From Felis catus (taxonomy: Eukaryota), in assembly GCF_018350175.1 (NCBI RefSeq), contig NC_058374.1, forward strand, positions 8,122,001-8,186,000: DNA of 64,000 nucleotides, read 5' to 3'. Both the position numbers and the translations under genes were made by a program. The notes under the pieces are model-generated. The model had not been told where the DNA came from, did no database searches, and saw nothing but the letters and a program-made list of their open reading frames with translations. Below are positions 39,201-52,144 of the stretch, piece by piece. The number at the start of each line of letters is the position of its first letter. Positions within the stretch are counted from its first letter, which is position 1.

Positions 39201-41684
39201 GGCTGTCCTTATTTTTGAGATTCGAAAGTAACTCTGTGGTCTAAGATCGTCATGTGACCTTATGCTTTTCTTTAATGCATGAAACGACAGTCTATTAATT
39301 AAACAATAGCATTTAATTTAAAATATATACTGAGAACAAAAGACCTATTTTTGTACATCTAAAGCAGATATCATTTATCTTATTGTTGAAAGTTCTATGG
39401 TAACGTTGTGCTTTTTCTCCAAATAATTGGCATTGTGGTGTTCTTCTATCTTCATTTCTTAACGGTTTAATATGATTTTTTCTCCCTGTTTCAGCTTCCT
39501 ATTTAATCTGCTATTGCCTGTTAAATCAGCTTCCCTTCGCGGCAAAGACTGACGCTGCTTTTGTTAGATTAAACATTTTTTTTTTTTTTTTTATCTGACC
39601 CAGCTCTCAGCTCCATGTAGTTAGTTACATCATTGGTTGGGTAACAGAAATTGCCAGGATGTCACCCAGTGGGAAAATCAATTCACGAAAGAAGCCTAGT
39701 GCTGTGTGTTTGACTATAGAGCGTCTCTTTTTCTTCCTCCGAGTGTATCTGTCTCAGCACACCTGGGTATTCCTCCCCAGGGCTAAGAAGAAGTTCGAAT
39801 TGCCCTGCTCTTAATTAGCAACATCGCTTTCCCCTGATATTACAGGTGAACATGATTTATTCTCTTGTATATATTCCTAAGAGAGAGACGCACTGAAAAA
39901 AAAACGCATCACTGTAAAATGAAGAGGAAGCCAGTGGTCAGGTTCTGGAGAGGTAATTTCTTTCTATTGTTCTAGGAGGCTTTTAAAATAAATGTGTCTC
40001 ATGATATAGCTCAACATAGGAGCTGGGAATGCCCTTGTTTCGTGAATTTAGATGTTTCAAACATACAGCCCCAGACCCCTGACAGTATCTGCTAGTCTAG
40101 CCCTTGGTTTCGCTCAACTGGTCTTAATCCGTGTATACGATATCTCACAGAGGGCATCGCATGTATAGGCTTAGTGAGGTCTATACAATTCCCCAGATTT
40201 GGGTAGGTGTATATGTGTCTTTCTCAGAGGCAATATTTTTAAAATTTCAAGAGGTTTCTCTGTGGAGCGTGTGGCACCAAAAGATAAAGAACCACTGACG
40301 TAATGGCCCAACATGTTGCCCTACAAAAAATTAATCCCGCGTTGCAATAGTGGTTATTTTTCAAGGGGACCTCGTTTATTTCCATAGGTAGCCAAACTTA
40401 AAAGGAAGTGTTCTTCCTCTTGAGGAAACCTCTTATTTTAGGAAAACTGCAAGATGATCTCCACCCATCAAGAGCCTAAGGGGCCATCACCTCTGAATTA
40501 GATTCTGTGAAGTGGCCTGTGATCATCCACATGAACCAGTTGTAGGGTGTTTAATTGTAATTACCTCTCACGCTCAATTTTCAAGTATAACTTTTTAAGC
40601 ACATTCTGGCGATTGATCAGTTTTTAAGGATAGGAGAAGAGAAAGTGGAAGGTAAAAAGATACAATACATAAGAAGTTAGTTACCCCATCCCTCTCTTAC
40701 TCTGTAAGGCTTTCTGATACAAGGATTCTTTATTTTAAAAACAATGCTAGAGTCAAAAGGGCAAGTTAATGGCTCTTGTGTAAAGGCATCGGATTTCAAA
40801 TGGACACTGGAGAGAAACAGGGGATCTTAATGATACCTTCACATTTTGTTTTCATTATTATGGACCAGCTGCGTCTTCTAAGTTTTGCCCCAAGAAAGCC
40901 ATCTTGTGTGTCCTACAGAACTTAGATTGGGATACAATCAAGGGCTTCAGGTCTGTCGCCTATATCAGGGGGATAATGAGACCCTTTTTTTGTACAGGAT
41001 TTACGTGAGGATTCAAGAAAAAAAATCCAAGCACATGTTCAGAACAGAGTTCAGTCTGTTTATGTTCAAAATATGTGTGCTATGCTTATATTACAATACC
41101 TGTTGAATGTAACTATTGAGAAATGCAAAAATGAGATGCTTGGGCAAGAGTTCGTTGCCTTTTACTTTTTGTTGAATCTTCACTGGGTTAGAGTTTTTAA
41201 TGCTTTGCTGGGTTTTGGACAGAGTGAACTTTTGGCTAAATATATAGACAACAGTGTCCTGTATTAATCTTTGCTTATTTGCATTGGTTTTCCTTTATCC
41301 TTTTCCTCTCTGATAGCTTCATGCCGATTCCGTATTTTTCTGGATCCCTCCTCCTGTCCTAAGAAACTCATCCTGTGTTCAATTTCCTCAGGATTCTATT
41401 CCTGACAGTGAAGTGATTTTCTTTAATTGTTATTATCATCAAAGCTGGTAAACATTTTGTGCTAGTGTATAAACAATGCTGATAATATTCACGCTTCATT
41501 AGGGCCCCTTGGAAGTTATGTTCATCAGAAAGAGGGACCCTACTGGTAGCAGTTTGGGACACATTGAGGAAGTTATTATTTTAAAGACTAATAGGACTTC
41601 CAACCTAGTGTTTCTAGAGAAACACTCTTCTGCCCACCCATGTGCAGGATGACCATATGTTACAGAGACAGTTGAAGGTCTGCC

Positions 41685-41850
41685 TCCAGATCTAGACTGC
41701 CTGGGTTTTGTAGCCCAGCTCCGTCTTACAAGCTGAGTAAGCTTGAACAAATTATTTAACCTCTCTGTGCGCACTTTCTCATCTCTAAAAGAGAAGAACA
41801 AAGAGTATCTACATCAGAGAGCTGTTACAAGAATTAAAGCTAGTACAACA
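41685..41850 (+). mobile_element. MIR SINE
   Basis: agactgcctgggttttgtagcccagctcc...cttgaacaaattatttaacctctctgtgc. Confidence 0.75.
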
Positions 41851-41852
41851 CA

Positions 41853-41853
41853 A

Positions 41854-41896
<43 letters not shown>
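41853..41896. repeat. (AAAG)11 tetranucleotide microsatellite
   Basis: Perfect run. Confidence 0.95.
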
Positions 41897-41897
<1 letters not shown>

Positions 41898-43057
41898 GAG
41901 AGGAACAGGGACAAGCCAGATTCCACTGTGTCGTTTTGTTAGATCTCAACCTGAGTACAATTTCTTTAACCTGAGAGTTTCCCTTGCAGTTTATTTCTCC
42001 TGTGCCTCTCTTTCATGCGCATGTAGAGAGAGGAGATGAGCAATGATAAATTACTTGTCTAACGTTTTAACTCAGATCGCATCAAGCTGCCTGCTTCCAC
42101 AAAACCTGGTCCACACCCCAAATGTATATCTAGTCCCAACCCCTGGAACGCTTCCATCCTCAAGTTTACCTTTCTCTCCTTGCTCAGGAGTGCAGGAAAC
42201 AGGTTTTCCGGGTAAAGTCTCGTGTCCATGACCCAAAGAATGGGGCCACTGAGGTCCTGCCTGTTTAGCAATTTGTAATTAATCTGTGAAACCCACGATG
42301 GGAAGGCATGACTCCGGCGCGTCGAATAGCGTGTTCCCAACAGGGATTAAATATTTACGTGTGAAAGAGAAGAGCGTTTGTGGCCGCTCCGCTTTGGGTT
42401 AAATTGCAGGCCTATTGATCTTAATGCGGTGGGGCACGGGATCAGGGAGTATTTTTCCCTCCACAGAATATTGTATTGCACACACAGGTGTATTTTGGGA
42501 GCAGTGCTTCTGCACGGGAGGAAAAGATGGAAAGAAGAGTGCTCAAACTACAATGAATTCAGTCAACCTTCCAATGACGACTTCTGTCTTAGTTCATATC
42601 GTGGGTTTTCAATCTCTGCCCTCGGGCCTGAGGCTGGCGGATCACACCCCGTCCTTTTCTGTTCCTCCTGTGTAGCTATCATCAAAGAAGTTGACGTGTG
42701 TCCCTGTAACAGCAGGACAATATGGAGACACCCAGGCTGTGGTTACAAGGAGACTCAGACAGGTTCGATGGCCGTTGTTCTTTTGTTTGCTTGCTTGAGA
42801 GGGAAGTGGAGGATGGAGTTAGTGAGTGGGTGGCCAGTCTTTGGCCATATTTTTGCTTGTAGGGAAGACCGAATCCCATTCCTGGGATCGAACTCAGAGA
42901 ATAGATTTTTTTTTTTTCCTCTTTGGTTTGTTATTGAGGTTGTTAGCTGACGTAAACCAAGGCATCTCTTTGTGATGAGAACTGTGGGCACGTTAAAGGC
43001 AAAGCCAGCCTTGATATTTTGGTGCTACCACAAAGGATGGCAAGAGACACTCTAGAC

Positions 43058-43370
43058 ATACACTGTCCAGGACAGCACGGTACAGCCCGGGGGGCTAGTG
43101 CTACGTGGTCAGTCGGAATGGACACGTGTTGGGTGGGTGTACTTCGCCCGAGATCTCGTAGACTTCGTATTGGCTCAGTTACGGCTCAATTACTTTTATA
43201 TTTATTGCATCTTGAAATGATACTGTGTTATGTTAAATGAAATGTGCTATGAAAACTAATGCCATATATATATATTTTTTTACTTTTTAACTGTGACGAC
43301 TTAGAAAATTCAGAATTATACACGTTGTCCACATTGGTGACTTACGTTATGTTTCTACTGGGCAGTGCTG
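43058..43370 (-). mobile_element. MER33-like hAT-Charlie element
   Basis: Termini cactgtcca...tgggcagtgctg; internal ttgaaatgata, tactttttaa, tagaaaatt; 8-bp TSD ctctagac (43050-43057) / ctctccac (43371-43378). Confidence 0.8.
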
Positions 43371-43738
43371 CTCTCCACCAAGCCACCTGAGGCAGCAGCT
43401 TAGTGTTTTCAGTTAGCAATCTTAGAACACTGAACAAGTGCTAAAGGGCACTCCTTGACGCAACGGCACGTCAGAACATTATTTGTATTCTTGTCGCTCG
43501 AGAGGAACAAGAGGACTTACTCCAAGGACTTCCTTGGTGAAAGTGCTTCACGTTTTCCAGATGTCACCTGTGGAATATGCACATAATCCCAAAGACTGTT
43601 TTGGTTTTTTTTTTAATTGAAATTCTGGAGGCAACATAGTTCTGTCTTGTGAAGATAGGAGTTGTATCTGACACACACAATGCCATCAGTTCCCCGGTAA
43701 GAGAATTAGGGGCAATCATTAGACAACTTGAATTGAGG

Positions 43739-43739
<1 letters not shown>

Positions 43740-43793
<54 letters not shown>
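43740..43793. repeat. (TG)n microsatellite with one interruption
   Basis: Direct. Confidence 0.95.
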
Positions 43794-45479
43794 GGGGGGG
43801 GTGAATATAGGCATTTGTGGGAATTTCTTGTAAATCTTCCACAAATCAAAAAATCAGGGGATTTCTCCATTAAGGTGTTAGTGGTAAAAGGGATTTTGAA
43901 AAGTGACACAAAATGGGATAACTAAGGATGCATTTGAAAGTTAAGAATCAGTGGTCGGGCAATGTAAATTAGCCTNNNNNNNNNNNNNNNNNNNNNNNNN
44001 NNNNNNNNNNNNNNNNNNNNNNNNNNNNNNNNNNNNNNNNNNNNNNNNNNNNNNNNNNNNNNNNNNNNNNNNNNNNNNNNNNNNNNNNNNNNNNNNNNNN
44101 NNNNNNNNNNNNNNNNNNNNNNNNGGTTGTCAGTATTGAACAGAAGTTGAGCAACTAACGAGAACCATCTTTTTAAATTTGGTACAATTAATGTGTATTG
44201 CCTATATTTGGAATGCCAATCAAGCTGATGATGGTTGGTCCATACGATGAGCAAGAATGTGTCAGATACGATGGCAATTTTAGGTGATTTTAGACTTCAT
44301 TGTTCAAGATTCTTTGCATGTTCTAAAGCAGGGAACTAACTAGCTAAGACCTTATGTTCCGCATCATTTGAAATGCTCATGAAATGCCATGAGCTGTGTC
44401 ACACAGCTCAATTACATCCCATAGAACTTCAGGAAGTTTGTAATTATAAACACCCAAAGTGTTCATTACAAACACTCCAAAACAATTTTTGCCCTGTACC
44501 TGTTGTAGAGTTTGAATAGTGACCATTTTTCAAAACTCCTCTGCATGTTTTAAATGCAAGTTTTGTTGACTGTTTTGGAGGCGCTTAAAACCTTAAAGTA
44601 ACACATAGATAGCAAAACGACAAGCAAAAAGGAGAAAACATATGCAACATAAAAGTATAACAAACCGAACAAGACACAGGCTTTGGCAGTTATAAGTTCT
44701 AATTGCAGTTTGATGGTAGGTGAGCAAGTTTGGTTCTCTTACCTGTGAAAGGTTGGTAAACTCTCTTATCTAGTTCCTGGGACTTTGGGGAAGGAGAACT
44801 AATAAAGCCCCCAAATATCAAAGCGCTTGGCACAAATAAAAGTTCTATATAAACCAGCAGAAAAGCAGCGTCTGATGAAATGAGAAGTTTCCACCTCTGG
44901 TTAATGCTCCTATGAGATGTGAGTTATGGTCAGTGGATGACAAGCAAGGGAGTTTATTAAAGGGAGTCCATAACTCTCTGCTTCTGAGTTGGTAAAATTC
45001 TGAGAGAGCTTAGAGAGTAGGTAATCTACTTCAGTTTCACTAGAATTAGTTGACACAGAACCATCCTTGTCCTTCCCCCAGATGATATGCAAGGACCACT
45101 AGATAGTTAATTTGCAAATATAAATACATCAACAATAATGATAGGTATGTCTCAAGACCCCAAATCCCAATCTATCCAGTAACACAAGATCCCGGCATAT
45201 TGTAATATGGCCAGAATAGAGACTGGAGAAATGTTGCCGACAGAAGATGATACACCGTGTTTGTGCTTTCCATGGAATTCTTACGGGTAAATCCTGCAAG
45301 ACAGCCAGGGGGAGAGCTGACGTGCAACCACACGATTAAACTGAATTCCTACCGTGGCCTGGCACTGGGCAAAAATCGTGGGCAGTCCTCATCTAGTGGG
45401 GGAGTCACAGCGTAAAGCTACTAAAAAGTACAAGATAGCATGTCATTAAATATAAACTTGGGTGGTAAAAGTCAGATGA

Positions 45480-46120
45480 TGTGATCAAGAAAATGGAGAG
45501 AGTGTTACAGGCAGAGGAGCTGGAGATTGAGTTCAGTTGGCAGGGACAGAGATTGTGTAGTGGCAAACGGCAAGATAGACTTTGTGGAGGTGAGTGTGGT
45601 CTACATCCTGAAGGGGTCCAGAAGCTATAGAATTTGGGGATTGTCCTGTTAGTATGGGGAAGCCACCAGAAAATTAAGCAGAGGAAGGATGTGATTGGAT
45701 TTGCAGTTTGCAGTTTACAATGGCCACGTGCCCACGGGATGGTTGATAGGTGGCAGGTAGGTAGGAAATCCATCAACTGGACATTGCAGTGAGTGAAGTG
45801 AGAAAATGAATGGAGAGTATGACACTTTTGAGATACAGAGAATGAATACAGAGCTTTGTGAGCTCTTCTAAAAGCAGAAAACTCAGGTCTTGAGGGGGGT
45901 GCTTAAAATGGGGCATTAGTGAGATCAGGAAGCCAGAATGACTCTGAGATTTCTGTATTGGGCACGTTGGTGGATATAAGAGAAGCACATTTATAGGAGG
46001 GCGGAGGGATGATGGTTTCCATTGGGAATTTGTTGGGCTTGAGGTGCTTATAGGACAGCCAGCTTATAGGACGGCCAGGGGTGCCAATCTAGTACAAGAG
46101 TGAATAAGAGAGATGTGGGA
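45480..46120 (-). mobile_element. L2 LINE fragment
   Basis: atggggaagccaccagaaaattaagcagaggaaggatgtgattggatttgcagttt; aatgactctgagatttctg. Confidence 0.65.
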
Positions 46121-46179
46121 ATGTCTGGTCACCTACCACTCAACACCCCGTCGAATCCATTGCATTTAGCATGGTAAGA

Positions 46180-46865
46180 GATGCCTGAAACCTTCACACA
46201 CTGCTGGTGGGAACGTAAAATGGTGCAACTGTTTTGGAAAAACGTTTGAAAAATGTTAGACATAGAGTTGCCAGGTGACCCAGAAATTCCTCTCCTACGT
46301 GTTGTGAAAGGAAATATATTCGTGAAATAAATAAACACACGTTCATGCAAAATCTTATACCTGAACGGTCACAGCAGCCTAACTGATAATAGTGAAAAAA
46401 GTGGCCACAACCCAAATTTCCGTTAATATGAACAAGCAAAATTTGTATCTATTCCCTTGTATCCATACAAGGGAATTTTATTCAGCAGGAAAGGGGAATG
46501 AAGTAGTCGTGAAGGCTACGATATGGACGGACCCTGGAAACCTTACACTGCAGGAAAGAAGCCAAGAAACGAAAGGCAGATACGATATTATTCCATTTAC
46601 ATGAAATGTCCAGAACAGGCAAATCCATAGGACAGAAAGCAGATTAGTGGTTACCAGGTGTTGAGGGGGGTGGGGCGGGTGGAGGAAATGGAAAGTGACT
46701 GCTACGAGGGTACACGTTTTTGGTGATGTTAAAAATGCCCCAAAATGGACTGTGGTGCTGGTTGCGCAACTCTGTGAAGAGCCTAAAATCCACTACGTTG
46801 AGTGCTTTAAAGTGTGAATTTCACGGCATGGATTAGATCTCAGTAGAGCAATTGAAAACAAAAGG
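46180..46865 (+). mobile_element. L1MB-like 3' end
   Basis: ctgctggtgggaacgtaaaatggtgca; tgacccagaaattcctctcc; ttccatttacatgaaatgtccagaacaggcaaatccatag; gtgaatttcacggcatg. Confidence 0.85.
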
Positions 46866-47757
46866 CTGTCGCTGTCCAGGTAGGTGAGTTCTTCTTCTCC
46901 CGCTGGACCGTAGAACACATGGTTCCGGTGTGGGCAACATGACACACTAAGCCCATCGACCGACCTTCCAGCAACAATATCTGGAAATGCCAAATAAAAT
47001 ACAGCAAACCTTTTTTGAAGATGTCAGCTGAACTCACCAGAAAGACAGGGATAGCCTAGATATTAGAACTACAAGTGCTCTTTGAGCAGGTGAGAGACTG
47101 GGAGAAGAGGAGGGTGGTACCAACACTGGCCTCAGGGCTGGGTTTTACCACTGATGCCTAAATGGCAGATAAGATCGAGTGAAGAAGGCGCTATAATGGA
47201 AGCCCAGCTTGGATCTAGATGTCTGAAGGGCTATGCACAGAGCAAAAGGGGACTGGAAAAAAACCTGCTCACAAATGTAAGGAGACAAAAACAATCGTAT
47301 TTCGTGTTGGTCTCAAGGCAGAGCCAAGTCTTCTTATAAAAAATCAGAATGCCAGTCTTGTTCCTTAGGTAAGGTTGGAAGTTAAATTGCTAGCTGAGAA
47401 ATTAACATAAAATCAGTCCAAGGTCAGTGCTGTTCCTGGGACATCGGCGAGAATCAAAGTCAAAGCCCCTCTAGGGAGGCCTTCCCCAGTCCAGGCGCTT
47501 GGGACCGAAAATCCTACGGAAGATGAGCTCGCAATCAAATGCTGAAACAGACACAAAGAACAAACTCAGTGCAATCAACAATCTGTACATTCAACAACCA
47601 AGGCCTCTTTACCCCCAGAACTTGACAAAGTAAAATAAAATCTGAAAGAAACTAAAAAATACAAGTAGTTAAAGAGATGAGTTATTGGATAAGTCAATGA
47701 CATAAAATAGAAGCATATGTGTTAACATAGATAGGTCTTAAAAACAAGTGCTGAATT

Positions 47758-47760
<3 letters not shown>

Positions 47761-47800
<40 letters not shown>
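47761..47800. repeat. (CA)20 microsatellite
   Basis: Direct. Confidence 0.95.
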
Positions 47801-47801
<1 letters not shown>

Positions 47802-48449
47802 GACGAATGTGATCTCTCTAGCACAATACCATTTCCGTGTAGAAGGGAAGAATGGGTGTGGGAATTGGGATACAAAAATAGCAAAATAGAATAGTAACGT
47901 GCTCCTATAAGGATGGGGGAGGACAGCAGCCATGACCTCAGGTCCTCCAGCACAACAGGACTCACACAGGTTGGAGAACCAGATGCCCTCTATTTACATA
48001 TTGGTGCTGCCACCTCATTGATTGGGTCATGGTTGGCTGGGCGGCTTACCTATTCCCCACGTGCCTCAGTTTCCCCACTTCTGAGTGACGCTCGGTCATA
48101 GTACCTACCTCATAGGAGTGTGGAAAAAACACGTAGCACCTGCCCTACGCCTTGGCCCTGGCAGTGGCTTCAAGGACTTGCCGTCCAGCTGCTGGACAGC
48201 CCTCAGCTGTTGGCCCCCTTGGGGAGTTGCATTGCCAGAAGACGGCTGTCTCATCCTAAGTCACCCTCCCTTTCTGGGTGGCCTGCACCCCGGATGTGAC
48301 ATTGCAGAGGCCGTACTGGCTGTCCTGCTGGAGATGCCTCTGAAGGAGCAGCTTTTCTCTGCTCTTCCGCCGGGAGAGACAAAAGAAGACAAAGAAGCAA
48401 AAGGAAAGACAAGTCCCCAAGAAGAGATGCGGGCTTGAAAAAGAACGCA

Positions 48450-49150
48450 ATAGAACTTTCGCAGTGAAAAATATATATAATTGTGGAAGTTGATACCCAA
48501 TAAGCAAATCGACTGTGACTTAGACGCAGCTGAAGAAAGAAATTAACTGGAGGGGAATAAATTATGAATGAATAACCCAGAATGTAACAGAGAGAGTTAG
48601 AAAATCTGAAGAAGTGACACGAGAACAGAAAAAAGCTCTGGTGTAGGTCTGGAAGAATCGGAGTTCTAAGGAAAGCGCAGAGAAGGGGAAGAGGAGATAT
48701 TAAAAAAAAAAGATAATGGTTGATAACTATTCAAAAGTGATGCGAGGTACAAATATTTAGAATGAAGACACACATCAAGTCCCAGAAGGAGACATAAAAT
48801 GCCCCCTGGCCATCTCATGGTTAAGCTGCAGAACACCCCCCCCCCAAAAAAAATAAATAAAATAAAATAAACCAAAACCAGAAAAACCAAAAAAACTTAA
48901 AAGCAATTTTGGGGAACAGGCTTATCTAGAAAAAGGAACAATTATACTGACAGCAGACATCTCAAAAATAACAGCCCAGGAAACAGCCGAGTGACCTCTC
49001 CACGCCGAGGGAAAATCACGGCCAGTTGCAAAGTCCCTGTCCGGTTCCTCCACCGTTCAAGAGTAGAGGAAAATGAAGACTTTGCTAGACCAAGAGACTA
49101 TTTGCATGCCTCGCCTGCAAGACCTATTAAGAATTATTTTGTGAAGAAAT
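48450..49150 (+). mobile_element. Ancient L1/HAL1 ORF1-like remnant
   Basis: ttagacgcagctgaagaaagaaattaactggagg; acccagaatgtaacag; agataatggttgataactattcaaaagtgatg; actgacagcagacatctcaa. Confidence 0.55.
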
Positions 49151-49537
49151 GTAACTGAGAGAATTGTTACGAGCTGTCCTGCAAGAAGTAATTTCGATCA
49201 GAGAAAATGGTCGTCATCCGGGTAAATGTAAGCATTGACGATAAAAGCAATACCGGTAACAATAATACCACGAGAAAGCAACAGTGACAGCAGCAATACC
49301 AACCATAATGTCTGATTTCAGGTGGCTAAAAATAAAATTAAATAAAAGGGCGAATGGACCCTTGTGAAAAAGGAGAGAAGCTAGAAGCAGTATTTCCCAC
49401 CTGTTCTTTGTAAAATAAACTTCACCTGCCAGTCAGCATGCTGTTAGAAATCATAACTTTGACAAGGAAAAAGACCCTCTTACTATACATACTGGATTTT
49501 TTTTTCCAGCAAGTATGAGTTAGAAGGGCTTCATTTA

Positions 49538-49763
49538 GGGGTGCCTGCATGGTTCAGTTGGTTAAGCGTCCGACTTTGGCTCAGGTCATGATCTCACGGT
49601 CTGTGAGTTCCAGCCCCGCGTCGGGCTCTGTGCTGACAGCTCAGGGCCTGGAGCCTGCTTTGGAGTCTGGGTCTCCCCCTCTCTCTGCCTCTCCCCAGCT
49701 TGCATTTTGTCTCTTTCCTTCTCCCAAATAAATACACGTTAAAAATAAATTTAAAAAAAGAAA
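49538..49763 (+). mobile_element. Can-SINE (SINEC)
   Basis: TSD agaagggcttcattta / agaagggcttaattca. Confidence 0.95.
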
Positions 49764-50281
49764 AGAAGGGCTTAATTCAGATAGAAAATGTTGGTTGTTC
49801 CTCTACCATTGACTAAACGAATCGTTAAAAACTTCATCTTCTTTTCTGAAGTCGGGCTGTACGACGAAACAGAAATAAAGATACTACCTGTGCCCTCAGG
49901 TCTCGGTTTCCTGACCTGCACTTCAAAGTCTCAGGAGCTGTACCGTAGATCTTTAATGACTGTATCATTTGTTCCTACATGAGTCAGTCAAAGTGGGTCG
50001 TGATCACGTCTGATGACTGCTGGCAGGCTTTCAGTCTCAGCTTGCATACGTGCTCCAGGAAGACGGCAAAGCGCCCACTTTGCTTCATCAGACTCTACCT
50101 ATTCACCTCCCTACCTACGGAGCAGGGAGTTCCCACCTGCGGTTTCGCTTCCCCCCCTCCCTGGGATACTAACATCCTTTTTCATAATTGCTGACACCTA
50201 TGGAGCTGAGTGTTCAATGGAACAGGGACTAAAAATGGCATTTCTTCAGTGTGTCCTATTACCCAGAAGAAGAGACAGGAT

Positions 50282-50479
50282 GGGGGCGCCGGCTCAGTCG
50301 GTTAAGCATCCGACTCTTGGTTTCTGCTCAGGTCATGATCTCAGGGTTTATGGGTTTGAGCCCTGCGTCAGGCTCTTGAGCTGACAGCGGGACCCTGCTT
50401 GCACTTCTCTCTCCCTCTCTCTCTGCACCTCGCCCACTTGCTCTCTCTCTCTCTCAAAATAGGTAAATAAACATTAAAA
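50282..50479 (+). mobile_element. Can-SINE with a small deletion in the 5' head
   Basis: gggggcgcc|ggctcagtcggttaagc lacks tgggt; flanking agagacag repeat. Confidence 0.92.
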
Positions 50480-50942
50480 GAGAGAGAGAGACAGATAGCA
50501 TGGCACTTTAGGAAGGTCATGGGCAAAGGATCAGACAACCAGGGTTTGGTTCCATTCTTTTACTGTAGAGAAATGAGAAATCTGTATCATTTTCAGATAC
50601 GATCTCAAGTCTTGAAAGAAACTTCAGGCTTTCTGGGTTCTTCTACCACAGGCTATGCCCATTCTTTGTCTTTCTGCGTCCTCCTAAACACACACAGGGC
50701 ACATACGTGTTCCTTTGCCCCGAGCCACACATTAGTAGGAATGTTTGCTAAGCATTGATGTATGTAAAATGTTTTACCAACTGTAAAGTTGTATGTATAT
50801 AAATTTATCTGAAAGTCTTCATCATTCATATTAATCACAAGAAATAGTTTTTTTTTCTTCCTTTTGGCTGTGTTATATATTCTCCTGCACCCCTACCTAC
50901 TGGCACTCCTTGCTTCTCCCCTTGAAAATGGTTGCTTTCTAT

Positions 50943-51164
50943 GGGGCGCCTGGGTGGCGCAGTCGGTTAAGCGTCTGACTTCAGCCAGGTCACGATCTCG
51001 TGGTCCGTGAGTTCGAGCCCCGCGTCAGGCTCTGGGCTGATGGCTCAGAGCCTGGAGCCTGTTTCCGATTCTGTGTCTCCCTCTCTCTCTGCCCCTCCCC
51101 CATTCATGCTCTGTCTCTCTCTGTTCCAAAAATAAATAAACGTTGAAAAAAAATTTTTTTAAAA
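50943..51164 (+). mobile_element. Young felid SINEC_Fc
   Basis: Diagnostic cagccaggtcacgatctcgtggtccgtgag; perfect 17-bp TSD gaaaatggttgctttct (50924-50940 / 51165-51181). Confidence 0.98.
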
Positions 51165-51426
51165 GAAAATGGTTGCTTTCTGGCCTTCTTTCTAGGATTT
51201 GTTCCCCCTCTTGTCTAAGAAGCCTTCATTGTAGTTAATAATCTGGAGTGATGAAAGGCACTATTTGAGGCCTTTTACCTACCTGCCCCGTTTAGCAGAA
51301 GATGAGCTCGTAATAAATAGAATTGTTTGATCACCTCAGGCAGAAAACGCAGGACATTCCCTGTCTCTTCAGGCCACTGCATGGGTCCCCAGTGTCTCTG
51401 TTTGTGTCCTAACTGAACTCACGATT

Positions 51427-51523
51427 CTTTTCTAAGTAGGCTCCATGCCCAATGTGGGGCGTGAAGGCGCGACTCTGAGATCAAGAGTCACATTCTCTAC
51501 TGACTGCACCAGCCAGGCACCCC
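51427..51523 (-). mobile_element. Short tRNA-Lys-like Can-SINE lacking the CT tract
   Basis: Reverse complement reads ggggtgcctggctggtgcagtcagtagagaatgtgactcttgatctcagagtc...ccccacattgggcatggagcctacttagaaaa. Confidence 0.85.
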
Positions 51524-52144
51524 TGAAATCACCGGTTTTGGGGAATGCCCAAGGACACTCCTGGAATCTTATTTGTCTTATCCCATAGCAACGAAGCTCT
51601 GGGGAGAAATTTCAGGTTGCTGGAGGCCTCGGGATGTGTCCACGAATACCTGTCGCACCGATTCATAAAGCAAACGTGTTCCCCTTTGTGACTTGAATGA
51701 GGACAGGGCAAACTTTTACTCTGAACAAAGAAATGATTCGTGTCCATAAAATAAATGGCAGTTGATGCATTCATCAAGGGTTAGTGCGTGATCTAGGGAA
51801 GATTGAATTTAAAACACACAAAACGGGCTTTTCTTTTTTTCTGTCTTAAAAGTAATTGCTATTACATGTAGAGAATTTGGAATGCACAGAAAACCATAAG
51901 GACAAAAATAAAAAGATGCAAACCCCCAACGCCTGCCCCGAAGGCAATAGAAACTTTAGCGGTAGGAATTGTGAACTTAAGGTCAGGGGTCATGTGGTCA
52001 TCTCAGTGACCAAGAGGAGGTGCCAGTCCATGCAGCCTGGCCACACAGCTGTGCTCTCAATCCCTTGCTACTGGCAATAATCTCCGACACATGCGTTGTG
52101 AGAACCGAGAGCAATCGTAATGCTAATATCAAAGTTATAATGAT

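Noticed and set aside
40100-40298. Possible hAT-Charlie MITE ending aagaaccactg
   Set aside because: Only one terminus is recognisable, too degenerate to name.
42378-42950. Longest gap-free ORF (190 aa)
   Set aside because: Non-ATG start, no recognisable domain, composition of random non-coding sequence, no supporting splice structure.
51427-51523. Possible tRNA-Lys gene
   Set aside because: Diverged SINE head with an A tail and probable TSD; no intact cloverleaf.
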